Shown: positions 27,698 through 37,088 of the stretch, piece after piece
Layout: each line of letters begins with the position of its first letter
Position numbering within the stretch: the first letter of the stretch is position 1
NCBI GenBank assembly: GCA_965261395.1
Contig: OZ253462.1
Location: 64,001 to 128,000, forward strand
DNA from: Candidatus Latescibacterota bacterium
GTDB lineage: Bacteria > Latescibacterota > UBA2968 > UBA8231
DNA: 64,000 bases
Reading direction: 5' to 3'
The notes under the pieces: model-generated
Told to the model about the DNA's origin: nothing
The model's database searches: none
Seen by the model: the letters and a program-made list of their open reading frames with translations, nothing else
Program-made: the position numbers and the translations under genes

Positions 27698-29668
27698 TTA
27701 CAGCGATCGCGAATAGGTCACATTCAAGCTGTTAAACGTACCGCTGCGTTGGTGATTGCGGCTGCCTCTCAAGGTCAGCTTGTTGTCACTGCCGACCGGA
27801 TTGTAGTTAAAGTTCGCCGACAGCGTTCGGTGTCTATTGCGGCGGTTGAGGGAGCGCGACTGTGCGAGCGTGGAGTAGTCGTAATCCCACTGGCGGGCGA
27901 GCTTGTAGGTGTAGCTTACGCCGGCCGAGTAGTCGGAGCTGGGCGAGTAGGTCATGCCAAATTGGATGGAGTGTGTGGCGTTTTCCTCTTCGACAATCTG
28001 GGCACCGTTTTCCAAGATCAAAGTACCGTCATCGTCGGCCGAGTAGTTGTAGCGCGCATTGAGCGCAAGGTCGTCGAGGACCTTGCGCCGGAGCGAGTGC
28101 CCCATGCTCCAACCGCGGCGGATATTGCTTTTGCGCGACGATTCGCGGCGATTGACTTCGCGGTCGAAATCGTAAAGGGTGCGCCTCGCAGAGACGCTGA
28201 ATCGGTGCGAAAAGGACGCACCCAAACGCTCGTAATTGGTGCCGATACTGAGCGAGAGGTCGCGGTTGCGCGAGTTGTTCCCGGCGCGGGTGGCGTGCAT
28301 GTTCACGCGGTGTAAAAAGCTATTTTTGAGATCGACATTGAGCTTGGTGCCCGAGCGCAGGGTTGCGTCGTAGCTAAGGGTAACACTGTTGTTGAAGGTG
28401 TCGCGGTCCTGCTTGGGATCCCCTGGATTTTCCGAGCGTTTGATCTCGCCAAAGGTCGCCAGCCGCAGCGAGTGCGCATCGGATAGGGGCCAGTTGAGAG
28501 AGCCGTTGAGAAAGAGGTTGCGGTCGCTCAGGTCGGAGCTTGGATCGCGGCACGTTCCATCCGCCGAGCGCGTGAAGTGGCTATCACAAAGGCTGGTATC
28601 GGGTACCCTCACCGCCAGCCTTCGCATGTCGCTGCCCTTGAAGCGGACGCTAGAGTTGAAGACCAGCTTCTCGATCAGCTTGCCCGAAAGTGACGCGTCC
28701 CAGCTAAAGTTCTCGCCGAGGCGATCGGTGCCGAAGAAGCGGTTGCCTAAGTCCTGGACCGCGTTGGCGCTGTTGGTGCGCTCGTTTTGACTGTACGAGG
28801 CGCGGTTTTGTATTTTGAAGCCCCCTAGATTGAACTTCACACTGGAGGAGAAGCTAGTGCCGCGCGTTTCCGATAGCTCGGCGTTGACCATCGTGTCGCG
28901 CAGCACGGTCTCGCCGACCACGCCCTCGCTGATGGCGCGGCGCGTGAAACCTCGCTGAGAGCGGTTCTCAGACATACTCAGACCGACGCGCACCTCGCCG
29001 GGGAAGGTATAGCTCACGTTGCCGCTCAGCCGCTCGCTGCGATTCTTGTTGTGTTCGAGCGTATCGTCCGTTTTGCTCAGCGAAATCGAGTTGTTCAGCT
29101 TCTGGCTCGCAATTTTGATGTCAGGCGAGACCCTCAGCGAAGCATTATAACGGATCCCGGTCTCCTTGATGGTGCTGTCGAGGCTAGCGCGGCTAGCGCG
29201 GGTGGCCGTGATTAGGCTCGGGGTCAGGTTGGCACTCAGACTCTTGAATGGGCCGCTGCTCAACGGCTTGGACCTAAATCCAAAATTAAAGGACTGGCTG
29301 CGTGTCTTCTGCTTCTGTAGCGTTAAGTTTCGCGTGCTCATGCTGGCACCGAGGCTGATGGTGGCCTTCGGACCGAGAATAGGATAGTTGACCGAAGATC
29401 GGCCCGAGGCATTGTCCTGCCAACTCTTGCCGCCGCTGCGATCGTCGAGGGTAAACCCCATATTCGCCGATGCGTTAATCGTCAGCTTGGACGTCGAGTC
29501 CCCCACCGCCGAAAACCGCACGGGCGTCGAGTAGCTCCAGCTAGGAAATGAGTGTTTCCAAGAGGTTCGGGTGCTGTGGCGGCTGAAGTTGAGCGAGTAC
29601 TGCTGGGCATCGGCCGCCGTCCATGCGGCCAAGACGAGCCAAGCTACGTGCCACAAGACCGGCTTCAC
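27698..29668 (-). CDS. Uncharacterised large outer-membrane beta-barrel protein
   Basis: GTG start overlapping rsmA stop (GTGA), signal peptide ..AAWTAADA, Ser/Asn/Arg-rich alternating strands throughout, ends LNVTYSRSL. Confidence 0.7.
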   Translation of the reverse strand: MKPVLWHVAWLVLAAWTAADAQQYSLNFSRHSTRTSWKHSFPSWSYSTPVRFSAVGDSTSKLTINASANMGFTLDDRSGGKSWQDNASGRSSVNYPILGPKATISLGASMSTRNLTLQKQKTRSQSFNFGFRSKPLSSGPFKSLSANLTPSLITATRASRASLDSTIKETGIRYNASLRVSPDIKIASQKLNNSISLSKTDDTLEHNKNRSERLSGNVSYTFPGEVRVGLSMSENRSQRGFTRRAISEGVVGETVLRDTMVNAELSETRGTSFSSSVKFNLGGFKIQNRASYSQNERTNSANAVQDLGNRFFGTDRLGENFSWDASLSGKLIEKLVFNSSVRFKGSDMRRLAVRVPDTSLCDSHFTRSADGTCRDPSSDLSDRNLFLNGSLNWPLSDAHSLRLATFGEIKRSENPGDPKQDRDTFNNSVTLSYDATLRSGTKLNVDLKNSFLHRVNMHATRAGNNSRNRDLSLSIGTNYERLGASFSHRFSVSARRTLYDFDREVNRRESSRKSNIRRGWSMGHSLRRKVLDDLALNARYNYSADDDGTLILENGAQIVEEENATHSIQFGMTYSPSSDYSAGVSYTYKLARQWDYDYSTLAQSRSLNRRNRHRTLSANFNYNPVGSDNKLTLRGSRNHQRSGTFNSLNVTYSRSL

Positions 29669-30492
29669 AGCGCCCCCTTGCCCAAGCGCGAGTAGGCGTC
29701 GCCCAACTGGACGAATTCCTCTATCGACAATTCCTCCGGGCGACGCGTTAATTCGATACCCGCCTGCTGGCCTAGCTCTTCCAGCCAAGGCCGCCCGCCC
29801 TCGGGATTGAGGCCAAGGAGCGAATTGCGCAGCATCTTGCGCCGCTGGCCAAAGGCTCGGCGCACCAAGCGGTCAAAACAGCCCACGTCCTTTACTGCAT
29901 AGCGGGGCTTGGGGGCAAAGCGCAGTTCGACTACGGCCGAATCCACCGCCGGCACAGGCCGGAAGCAATCGCGCCCCACCTGCAAGTGCATCTCCACTTC
30001 GGCTCGCATAGCCACCAGCACTGACAGCAAGCTGTAATCCTTTGAACCGGGGCTAGCGATCAAGCGCTGAGCCACTTCGCGTTGGACCATGACGATGGCA
30101 CGGCTGATACAACCGGCGTGTGCGATGAGGTGAAAGATCAGCGGAGCGGTGATATTGTAGGGAAGGTTGCCGACAATCAGCAGTCGGTACCCGCCCGCAT
30201 CCCGCAGAATCTCCCCGAGATCGACTTGCAGAATATCTCCTTCGATCAAGCGCAACCTACACGCGTCTTGGCGTGCGCGCAGCAAGGCCACCAAGTCGCG
30301 GTCGATTTCCACGGCCACTAGGCGATCCACAAAAGCGAGCAGCACCTCGGTCAACGCTCCCCGGCCCGGGCCGATCTCGACGACCACCTCGCCAGCGGCC
30401 GGGCGCACCAGCCCAGCAATGGCCTCTATGACACCTCGGGCGACGAGGAAATGCTGGGCAAAGCGCCGTCGCGGTCGGTGGGCGTTTACCAA
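29665..30492 (-). CDS. rsmA: 16S rRNA dimethyladenosine transferase
   Basis: FAQHFL, EIGPGRGALT, GNLPYNI, MVQREVA, F.P.P.VDS, QRRKML. Confidence 0.96.
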   Translation of the reverse strand: MVNAHRPRRRFAQHFLVARGVIEAIAGLVRPAAGEVVVEIGPGRGALTEVLLAFVDRLVAVEIDRDLVALLRARQDACRLRLIEGDILQVDLGEILRDAGGYRLLIVGNLPYNITAPLIFHLIAHAGCISRAIVMVQREVAQRLIASPGSKDYSLLSVLVAMRAEVEMHLQVGRDCFRPVPAVDSAVVELRFAPKPRYAVKDVGCFDRLVRRAFGQRRKMLRNSLLGLNPEGGRPWLEELGQQAGIELTRRPEELSIEEFVQLGDAYSRLGKGAL

Positions 30493-31625
30493 CGCCGCGC
30501 CCTAGCCAAGCTGGGGTCGGGTGGAGGCACCAGCGCAGGCCCCCCACGGCGCAAGCCGCACCACAGGTCGGTCAACACCAACTGCGGATTGGCATTGTGC
30601 TCCAAGGCCTCGGCCGCACGGTCGATCTCCAAGGCGACTTGGGCAGCGTCTATCTTCTCCAGCAAGTTTTCCAAATAAGGACGCCGATCTACCTGGATGA
30701 CGGACGCATCTCGGCCGTGCGCCAACAGGAAGAGATCCCGTAGATACAGGCCGCAGACTTGCAAAAAACGCTCTAGCTGGCCCCGATCCCCCCCCAACTC
30801 TTCGAGGACGCTCCAATAGACCTCGTCTCGCTGCTCCGAGCCACCAGAGAGAAACGACTCGACCAACTGCCGCGTTCCGTCAAACGCCCCGGCAGCCACC
30901 TCTTTGGCCTGCTGCAACGAACCAGCCCCCATGCGCACGGCAAGCTCTAAGCGCTCCCCGACCACACCCTCTGATTCGAGCTGCGCCCGCAAGGTGGCCG
31001 CATCTAAGGGGTTCAAAATCATGCGCTGGCAGCGTGAGAGCACGGTGGGCAGGAGGCGCTCCGGTGCCGCCGAAACCAGCGCGACGACGGCTCGGGCCGG
31101 CGGCTCTTCTAAAAGCTTTAGCAACGAATTGGCGCCCGCTGGTTGCATCCGCTCGGCGGCGAAGATTAGGCCGACTTTGCGTGGAGATTCCGTCGGCGCA
31201 AACGCCAATTCTCTTTGCAACTGGCGCAGGTGATCAACCGCAATATTGGCGTTGCTAGGCAGAGACGCGCTCGCACCGCGAACGTACTCTACTAAGGACT
31301 CGTGCAAGTCCGCCGGTGAAGGCTTCTGCTTGCCTCGGCGAGGAGGTAGCGGCAAGGCGGTGTGGAGGTCGGGATGCATGAGCGAGGCGATCTTGCGGCA
31401 ACTCGGGCAGAGGTTGCAGGCGGAAGGGCCGCTGCCAATGCATAGCAGGGCTTTCGCCCACGCGAGCGCAAAGCGCCGTTTCCCGGTTCCCTCGGCCCCA
31501 CAGATGAGAACCGCATGGGGGATGCGGCCCGATTCGAGCCAAGCCGCGGCCACGGCCCCAGCCCGATCTCGACGAGCCAGATCGCCAAACTCCCCGGAGT
31601 GCGGGGTGCCGCCCGTGCTGTACAA
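30486..31625 (-). CDS. holB: DNA polymerase III subunit delta'
   Basis: PHAVLICG.EGTGK, C..C.SC, HPDL, ANSLLKLLEEP, LLPTVLSRC. Confidence 0.88.
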   Translation of the reverse strand: MYSTGGTPHSGEFGDLARRDRAGAVAAAWLESGRIPHAVLICGAEGTGKRRFALAWAKALLCIGSGPSACNLCPSCRKIASLMHPDLHTALPLPPRRGKQKPSPADLHESLVEYVRGASASLPSNANIAVDHLRQLQRELAFAPTESPRKVGLIFAAERMQPAGANSLLKLLEEPPARAVVALVSAAPERLLPTVLSRCQRMILNPLDAATLRAQLESEGVVGERLELAVRMGAGSLQQAKEVAAGAFDGTRQLVESFLSGGSEQRDEVYWSVLEELGGDRGQLERFLQVCGLYLRDLFLLAHGRDASVIQVDRRPYLENLLEKIDAAQVALEIDRAAEALEHNANPQLVLTDLWCGLRRGGPALVPPPDPSLARARRW

Positions 31626-31633
31626 TCCAATCC

Positions 31634-32743
31634 CTATTTCTGCAACAGGCTCTCTTGGTTGTCCAGAGCAAAAAAGTGGGCTTTATCTATCTCGACGGCC
31701 AACCTTACCGTTTGGTCAACTTGCGGCATGTGCAGCGGATCAACGCGGGCGACGAAAGCGGTCGTGCCGGTGGTCAGGTTGAGGAACACCTCGTTGCCCA
31801 TGGGTTCGACCACTTCGACCTTGGCCGCAATTTCCACGGTCTCGACATTGCGGCCAATGGTATCCGGGTCGTGGATGTCTTCCGGGCGGATGCCCAGCGT
31901 CACCTCCTGACCCACGTGGCTACCTAGCTGCTCGCCGTGGCCGGCGGGCAGGGCGAATTGCACATTGCCTTCGTCGAAGACTAGACCGCTGCCGTTAGAG
32001 GATAGCGTGCCGCGGATGAAGTTCATGGAGGGGCTACCGATAAAACCGGCGACGAACTGGTTGACGGGTTTGTTGTAGAGATGGAGGGGCTTGTCAATTT
32101 GCTGGATTAAGCCATCGCGCATAACCACGATGCGATCTCCCATGGTCATGGCCTCGACTTGGTCGTGCGTCACGTACACCATGGTGGCCCCTAGGCGGGT
32201 GTGCAACTTGCTGATCTCGGTGCGCATCTGCACCCTCAGCTTGGCGTCGAGGTTGGAGAGCGGTTCGTCAAAGAGGAATACTTTGGGCTTGCGGACGATG
32301 GCGCGCCCCACCGCCACGCGCTGGCGCTGACCGCCCGAAAGCGCTTTGGGTTTGCGCTCTAGTAACTCTTGGATGCCGAGTATATCGGCCGCTTCTTGGA
32401 CCCGCGCTTCAATCTCGTCCTTGGGATATTTCCGCAGTTTTAGCCCAAAGGCCATGTTTTGATAGACGCTCATGTGCGGGTAGAGCGCATAATTCTGGAA
32501 GACCATGGCGATGTCGCGGTCTTTGGGGGGCACGTCGTTGACGATCGTCCCATCTATTGAAATATCGCCGGCGGTGATTTCCTCAAGCCCGGCAATCATC
32601 CGTAGCGTCGTGGACTTGCCGCAGCCCGAAGGGCCGACGAGCACCACGAATTCTTTGTCCTTGATCTCGATGTTGGCGTCGTCCACCGCTACCACTTCTT
32701 TGTCGTACACCTTGCGGATATTCTTCAGAATTACTTCAGCCAT
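31634..32743 (-). CDS. Sugar ABC transporter ATP-binding protein (MalK/UgpC/MsmX family), standalone
   Basis: [48 protein letters not shown]. Confidence 0.93.
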   Translation of the reverse strand: MAEVILKNIRKVYDKEVVAVDDANIEIKDKEFVVLVGPSGCGKSTTLRMIAGLEEITAGDISIDGTIVNDVPPKDRDIAMVFQNYALYPHMSVYQNMAFGLKLRKYPKDEIEARVQEAADILGIQELLERKPKALSGGQRQRVAVGRAIVRKPKVFLFDEPLSNLDAKLRVQMRTEISKLHTRLGATMVYVTHDQVEAMTMGDRIVVMRDGLIQQIDKPLHLYNKPVNQFVAGFIGSPSMNFIRGTLSSNGSGLVFDEGNVQFALPAGHGEQLGSHVGQEVTLGIRPEDIHDPDTIGRNVETVEIAAKVEVVEPMGNEVFLNLTTGTTAFVARVDPLHMPQVDQTVRLAVEIDKAHFFALDNQESLLQK

Positions 32744-32815
32744 CGCGTCCCTCTTTTACTGTTATGGGCTTTGGCGGTCATTTGTCGAGAAAGAGTTTAG
32801 AGTATAATAAATAAA

Positions 32816-33271
32816 TTACAAAATCTCTATGTTGCGCTCCATTAAAACGGCGTCGTCCGGAGGATCTCTGTAGTACGCCGTACGCCGCCTTACGGTCTGG
32901 AACCCCGCCTTGCGGTAGAGCACCCGCGCGGCTCGATTTGCCGAGCGCACTTCGAGCGCACAACAACTAGCGCCCTGTTCTGCGGCCAAGCGCAATATCC
33001 GCCCCAACAACTGCCCAGCCCACCCCTGGTTCCGATATGCCGGATCTACTGCGAGATTGGCGAGTTGAAAATCGCGGCCAGCAAAATAACCCAGCGCGTA
33101 GCCGATCAGTTCACCGCTGTGCAAAAGCCCCAAACACAGAGCATCTCTCTCTACAAGTAAGTAGCGAAAATCGGCCTCGCTCCACGGATTGGCGAAAGAG
33201 CCTCGCTCAATCTCCATCAGGCGATGTAGGTGGATTGGCCCTAGCGGAACGAAGCGACCCTCGCCGCTCAT
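32816..33271 (-). CDS. rimI: Ribosomal protein N-acetyltransferase RimI
   Basis: F..PWS, NLAVDP.YR.QG, LEVR.AN..A..LY.K.GF, R..YY..P.DDA; ATGA overlap with tsaB. Confidence 0.88.
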   Translation of the reverse strand: MSGEGRFVPLGPIHLHRLMEIERGSFANPWSEADFRYLLVERDALCLGLLHSGELIGYALGYFAGRDFQLANLAVDPAYRNQGWAGQLLGRILRLAAEQGASCCALEVRSANRAARVLYRKAGFQTVRRRTAYYRDPPDDAVLMERNIEIL

Positions 33272-33966
33272 GCTCGGGCTAGGGGGCGGGCGTCGGGCGA
33301 GCGCAAATACTCGGGTTCCACTGAATCCAAGTCCGCGATCTGTCCCTGCTCTAGCTGGGACAGCGCCAGCCACCCAATGGTCCCAGCGTCGGGACGGGCG
33401 CAGGGCAGGGGGGCAAACTGCGCGGCCGAGTTGCCCGCCAACAGATCGCGATAGGCCGTGGCTCCGTCCCCGGTGTAAATTGTCGCCGTGCTAGCCCGCT
33501 CTCGGGCCAACTGCGCTGGCGCGATGGCCCGGGGCGGTTCTAATTCGACCGGAACGCCCGTCGTTGTGTCGTAGAGAGCGGCATAGACCTCGCGCTTACG
33601 CGCGTCGAGAACAGTACAAACGGGCAGGCGAGCAAAGGGCAGACGGGCAGCCAGTGCCTCCAGCGTTGAAACGGTCACTAGGTCCTTGACCGCGGCCAAG
33701 CACAAGCCCTTAGCTGCGCTCAGCCCGATCCGCAGGCCAGTAAACGACCCCGGCCCAATCGCGACGGCGACGGCTCGCACTTCCTCGACGCCCATGCCTG
33801 CGGCCTTTAGAGCTGTCTCTATTTCGCCAAAGAGCCGCTGTGAATGCTGCAACCCCACATCGAAATAGCGACTGACGACAATCCCTGCTGCCGAGCAGAG
33901 TGCCACGCTGCCGACCGGAGTAGCCGTGTCCAACGCCAGAATCACGTCGCGGCCATTCGCGCTCAT
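33268..33966 (-). CDS. tsaB: t6A biosynthesis protein TsaB
   Basis: ILALDTAT, HS, GPGSFTGLRIG, DARK.EVY, P.YLR. Confidence 0.94.
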   Translation of the reverse strand: MSANGRDVILALDTATPVGSVALCSAAGIVVSRYFDVGLQHSQRLFGEIETALKAAGMGVEEVRAVAVAIGPGSFTGLRIGLSAAKGLCLAAVKDLVTVSTLEALAARLPFARLPVCTVLDARKREVYAALYDTTTGVPVELEPPRAIAPAQLARERASTATIYTGDGATAYRDLLAGNSAAQFAPLPCARPDAGTIGWLALSQLEQGQIADLDSVEPEYLRSPDARPLARA

Positions 33967-34988
33967 AAAAGCTCCAATTGCTCGCCGGGGCCGGGCGGCG
34001 GCTTGAGGCCGAGGCGCTCCCAAGCCCGCGGCATAGCCACGCGGCCTTTGGGGGTACGCTTGATAAACCCTTCCTTGATCAAATAAGGCTCGACCACTTC
34101 CTCGAGGGTCTCGGCCTCCTCGCCGATTATGGCCGACAGATTGCTCACGCCGACCGGACCGCCGTTGAATTTTTCAATAATGGCTCGCAGCAACGCGATA
34201 TCCATCTCGTCGAGCCCCATCTCGTCGACGCTGTGGATGACAAGTGCCCTTTGCACCACCTCGGCATCGATCTCACCTTCGCCTTCCACTTGGGCAAAAT
34301 CGCGTGCGCGGCGTAGCCAGCGCTTGGCAATCCGCGCCGTACCACGGGAGCGACGGGCGATTTCCATCGCGCCTGACTCTGAGACCGAGAAATTCAGCAG
34401 GCGAGCGTCGCGCTTGACGATTTCGGCGAGTTCGGCGACCGAGTAGTAGTCGAGGTGGGCATTGAGCCCAAAGCGCGCACGCATCGGCGAGGTTAGCAGG
34501 CCCTGACGCGTCGTGGCCCCGACTAAGGTAAAAGGCTCTAACGGCACGCTGACTGAGCGAGCCGCCGGGCCTTGGTCGATTATGATGTCGATTTTGAAAT
34601 CCTCCATCGCCGAGTACAGGTATTCCTCGACTACGCGGTTGACGCGGTGAATCTCGTCGATGAAGAGCACGTCGCGTGGCTCCATGGTCGTGAGCATGCC
34701 AGCCAAGTCGCTCGGACGATCGAGCAAAGGCCCTGAAGTGGGATAGATTTCAACGCCTAGCTCTTTGGCAATCACATACGAAAGCGTCGTCTTGCCCAGA
34801 CCGGGCGGACCGTACAGCAGCACGTGATCCATGGCCTCGCCGCGCTGCCGAGCGGCTTCAATGGCAATACCTAGCTGCTGCTTAGTCTTCTCCTGGCCCA
34901 GCATCTCGGCCAGGGACTGAGGACGCAGCGTATTGTCGAAGGGAAGGTCGTCGTCTGCGCTACTAGGATCTATTGGTCGGGGGTCCAT
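33963..34988 (-). CDS. ruvB: Holliday junction helicase RuvB
   Basis: LRP, GPPGLGKTT, FIDEIH, GATT, RGTAR, RTPKGR. Confidence 0.97.
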   Translation of the reverse strand: MDPRPIDPSSADDDLPFDNTLRPQSLAEMLGQEKTKQQLGIAIEAARQRGEAMDHVLLYGPPGLGKTTLSYVIAKELGVEIYPTSGPLLDRPSDLAGMLTTMEPRDVLFIDEIHRVNRVVEEYLYSAMEDFKIDIIIDQGPAARSVSVPLEPFTLVGATTRQGLLTSPMRARFGLNAHLDYYSVAELAEIVKRDARLLNFSVSESGAMEIARRSRGTARIAKRWLRRARDFAQVEGEGEIDAEVVQRALVIHSVDEMGLDEMDIALLRAIIEKFNGGPVGVSNLSAIIGEEAETLEEVVEPYLIKEGFIKRTPKGRVAMPRAWERLGLKPPPGPGEQLELL

Positions 34989-34998
34989 AGCCGGGCCT

Positions 34999-35589
34999 TC
35001 AGCGCTCCTTGAGGGCCAGTTTGATTAGCTGTTGTACGCTCAGGTCGGTGCCGTGCTTTTCGACGGACTTGCGCACCGCCTGGCGAGCGGCAGGTGCTGC
35101 ATATCCCAACGTCATCAGTGCCTTTGCCGCCTCTTCGCTCGCGCCAGCGTGGGTCTCCAAGGCCGCTTCGCCGGTCGCTGGAGCACTCAAACGGACCTTG
35201 TCCTTTAGATCGAGCACCAAACGTTCGGCAGTCTTGCGACCAATGCCCTTGATCGCCGTTAGTTCGTTTACGCGCTCCTGTAAGATGGCTCCCTGCAAGT
35301 CGCGCAGGGTCATGCCCGACAGCACAGTTAGCGCCGAATGAGGGCCGATGCCCGAAACGCCAATGAGCAACTCGAAGACCTCCCGCTCTTCCTCATCGGC
35401 AAAGCCGAAAAGCTCCATGCGATCTTCGCGCACGTAGAAATAAGTAGACAAATGGACCGCCTCGGAGGCTGGAGGTAGTTGGTCGAACGTTATCAGGGAT
35501 ATGGCCAAGCCATACCCCACGCCCCCGACGTCGACGACGGCATGGGTAGGTGATTTGGACAGGAGTGTTCCGCGCAGGTGTGTTATCAC
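34999..35589 (-). CDS. ruvA: Holliday junction protein RuvA
   Basis: GGVGY, VRED..LFGF, VSGIGP, GIGRKTAER. Confidence 0.96.
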   Translation of the reverse strand: MITHLRGTLLSKSPTHAVVDVGGVGYGLAISLITFDQLPPASEAVHLSTYFYVREDRMELFGFADEEEREVFELLIGVSGIGPHSALTVLSGMTLRDLQGAILQERVNELTAIKGIGRKTAERLVLDLKDKVRLSAPATGEAALETHAGASEEAAKALMTLGYAAPAARQAVRKSVEKHGTDLSVQQLIKLALKER

Positions 35590-35597
35590 GGATATAC

Positions 35598-36137
35598 CTA
35601 ACGCCGGACCATGCGGCTGAGCAAGGCCTCTATCTCGGGCTTGCGCTGCCCTCGGCTCTCACTTAAAACCCGGCCGGCCTGCTGGGTGTGGCATAGCGCA
35701 ATAGCCAAGGCGTCTGATGCATCGAGGGGCTTGGGCCGTTCCTTCAGACCCAAACTGCGGGCCACCATGAACTGGACCTGTTGCTTGGTCGCTTGGCCAT
35801 TCCCGGTCACCGACTTTTTAACCATCGTCGGCGCATAGTGAGCAATGGGCAAGCCGGCTTTGCGCATGGCGATGATCAGCACACCTCTCGCTTGGCCTAG
35901 CTTGGCCGCCGCTGTGGCGTCCTTGCCGAAGAACGTAGTTTCGATCGCGCCCTCGTCTGGGGCGTATTCGCCGATGAGCCGCGTCATCTCGTCGAACATG
36001 TAAACCAGCCGATCCTCAAACTCACTTTCCTTCGGACGGATGCAGCCGCAGGCAACATAGCGAGCCTTGCGCTTGCTATATTCGACGAAGCCATAGCCAG
36101 TGCTCGTGCTGCTAGGATCTACTCCGAGAACAAGCAA
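35598..36137 (-). CDS. ruvC: Crossover junction endodeoxyribonuclease RuvC
   Basis: LGVDP, IE..F, LGQARG, VKK.VTG.G.A.K.QV, DASDALAIA.CH. Confidence 0.95.
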   Translation of the reverse strand: MLVLGVDPSSTSTGYGFVEYSKRKARYVACGCIRPKESEFEDRLVYMFDEMTRLIGEYAPDEGAIETTFFGKDATAAAKLGQARGVLIIAMRKAGLPIAHYAPTMVKKSVTGNGQATKQQVQFMVARSLGLKERPKPLDASDALAIALCHTQQAGRVLSESRGQRKPEIEALLSRMVRR

Positions 36138-36149
36138 AGCGAGGACTCA

Positions 36150-36908
36150 CTAAGCCTGAGCCATAAGTTTTTCGAGCTCGTCTTCTTGGAGATCGAAATT
36201 GGAAAAGACCTTCTGTACGTCGTCTAAATCCTCCAATGCCTCAAGAAGGCGGATGATTTTCTCGGCCTCTTCGCCTTGTACTTCGAGCACATTTTCGCTT
36301 TTGGGCATCCAAGCCAACGTCGCCTGGGCGAAAGCAATGTCGTTGTCCTCCAGTGCCTTTTTAACTGGCTCCAAGTCGGCAACCGGGGTCATTACTTCGT
36401 GGACTTGGTCGCCATCCTGGATATCCTCGCCCCCCGTATCTACGACCGCCAGCAGGAGGTCGTCTTCGGAAGCATTAGTCTTGTCTACTTCGATAACGCC
36501 CTTGTGTTCAAACATCCAAGCTACCGCTCCACTCTCTGCGAGGTTGCCGTTGTACTTAGTGAATACGTGGCGGATTTCGGAAACCGTGCGGTTGCGGTTG
36601 TCCGATAGGGTTTCGACTATGATGGCCACCCCACCGGGTCCATAGCCTTCAAAGAGGCCATCCTCGTATACCACCCCCGGCTCGTCGCCGGTGCCGCGGC
36701 GTATGGCACGCTCAATTGTTGACGCGGGCATATTGGCCGCTCTGGCATTCTGGACTGCCGCGCGCAGACTCGGGTTGGTCTCCTCATCGCCTCCGCTGCG
36801 GGCGGCCACTGAAAGCTCGCGGATCAACTTAGTAAAGATCTTGCCACGCTTGGCGTCGTTAGCACCTTTTTTGCGCTTGATCGTACTCCATTTGGAGTGG
36901 CCGGACAT
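36150..36908 (-). CDS. yebC: YebC/PmpR family protein
   Basis: MSGHSKWSTIKRKK, EGYGPGG, DNRNRT, LEDLDDVQKVFSN. Confidence 0.95.
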   Translation of the reverse strand: MSGHSKWSTIKRKKGANDAKRGKIFTKLIRELSVAARSGGDEETNPSLRAAVQNARAANMPASTIERAIRRGTGDEPGVVYEDGLFEGYGPGGVAIIVETLSDNRNRTVSEIRHVFTKYNGNLAESGAVAWMFEHKGVIEVDKTNASEDDLLLAVVDTGGEDIQDGDQVHEVMTPVADLEPVKKALEDNDIAFAQATLAWMPKSENVLEVQGEEAEKIIRLLEALEDLDDVQKVFSNFDLQEDELEKLMAQA

Positions 36909-37025
36909 CGGCTTAATCTCCTTACTAATTCCCACACTCACTTCCTTTACTCAAAACAGAAGCATTGCTGGGGAAAATCGGCTGTTTTCTATGACAATAT
37001 TAAGATAAAAAAACCCACACAATTC

Positions 37026-37065
37026 AAAAAGCAAAGGGCCGCCGACCGCTTGGCCGACCGCCCTT
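37026..37065 (-). terminator. Probable intrinsic terminator after the EF-G paralogue
   Basis: Imperfect hairpin AAGGGCGGTCGGCC-AAGC-GGTCGGCGGCCCTT followed by TGCTTTTT. Confidence 0.5.
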
Positions 37066-37088
37066 CACAACGGGTAAAAGTAAGTCGC

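Noticed and set aside
31634-32743. The missing ATPase of the peptide ABC transporter
   Set aside because: It is MalK/MsmX type with a TOBE domain, which serves carbohydrate permeases, not OppD/F type.
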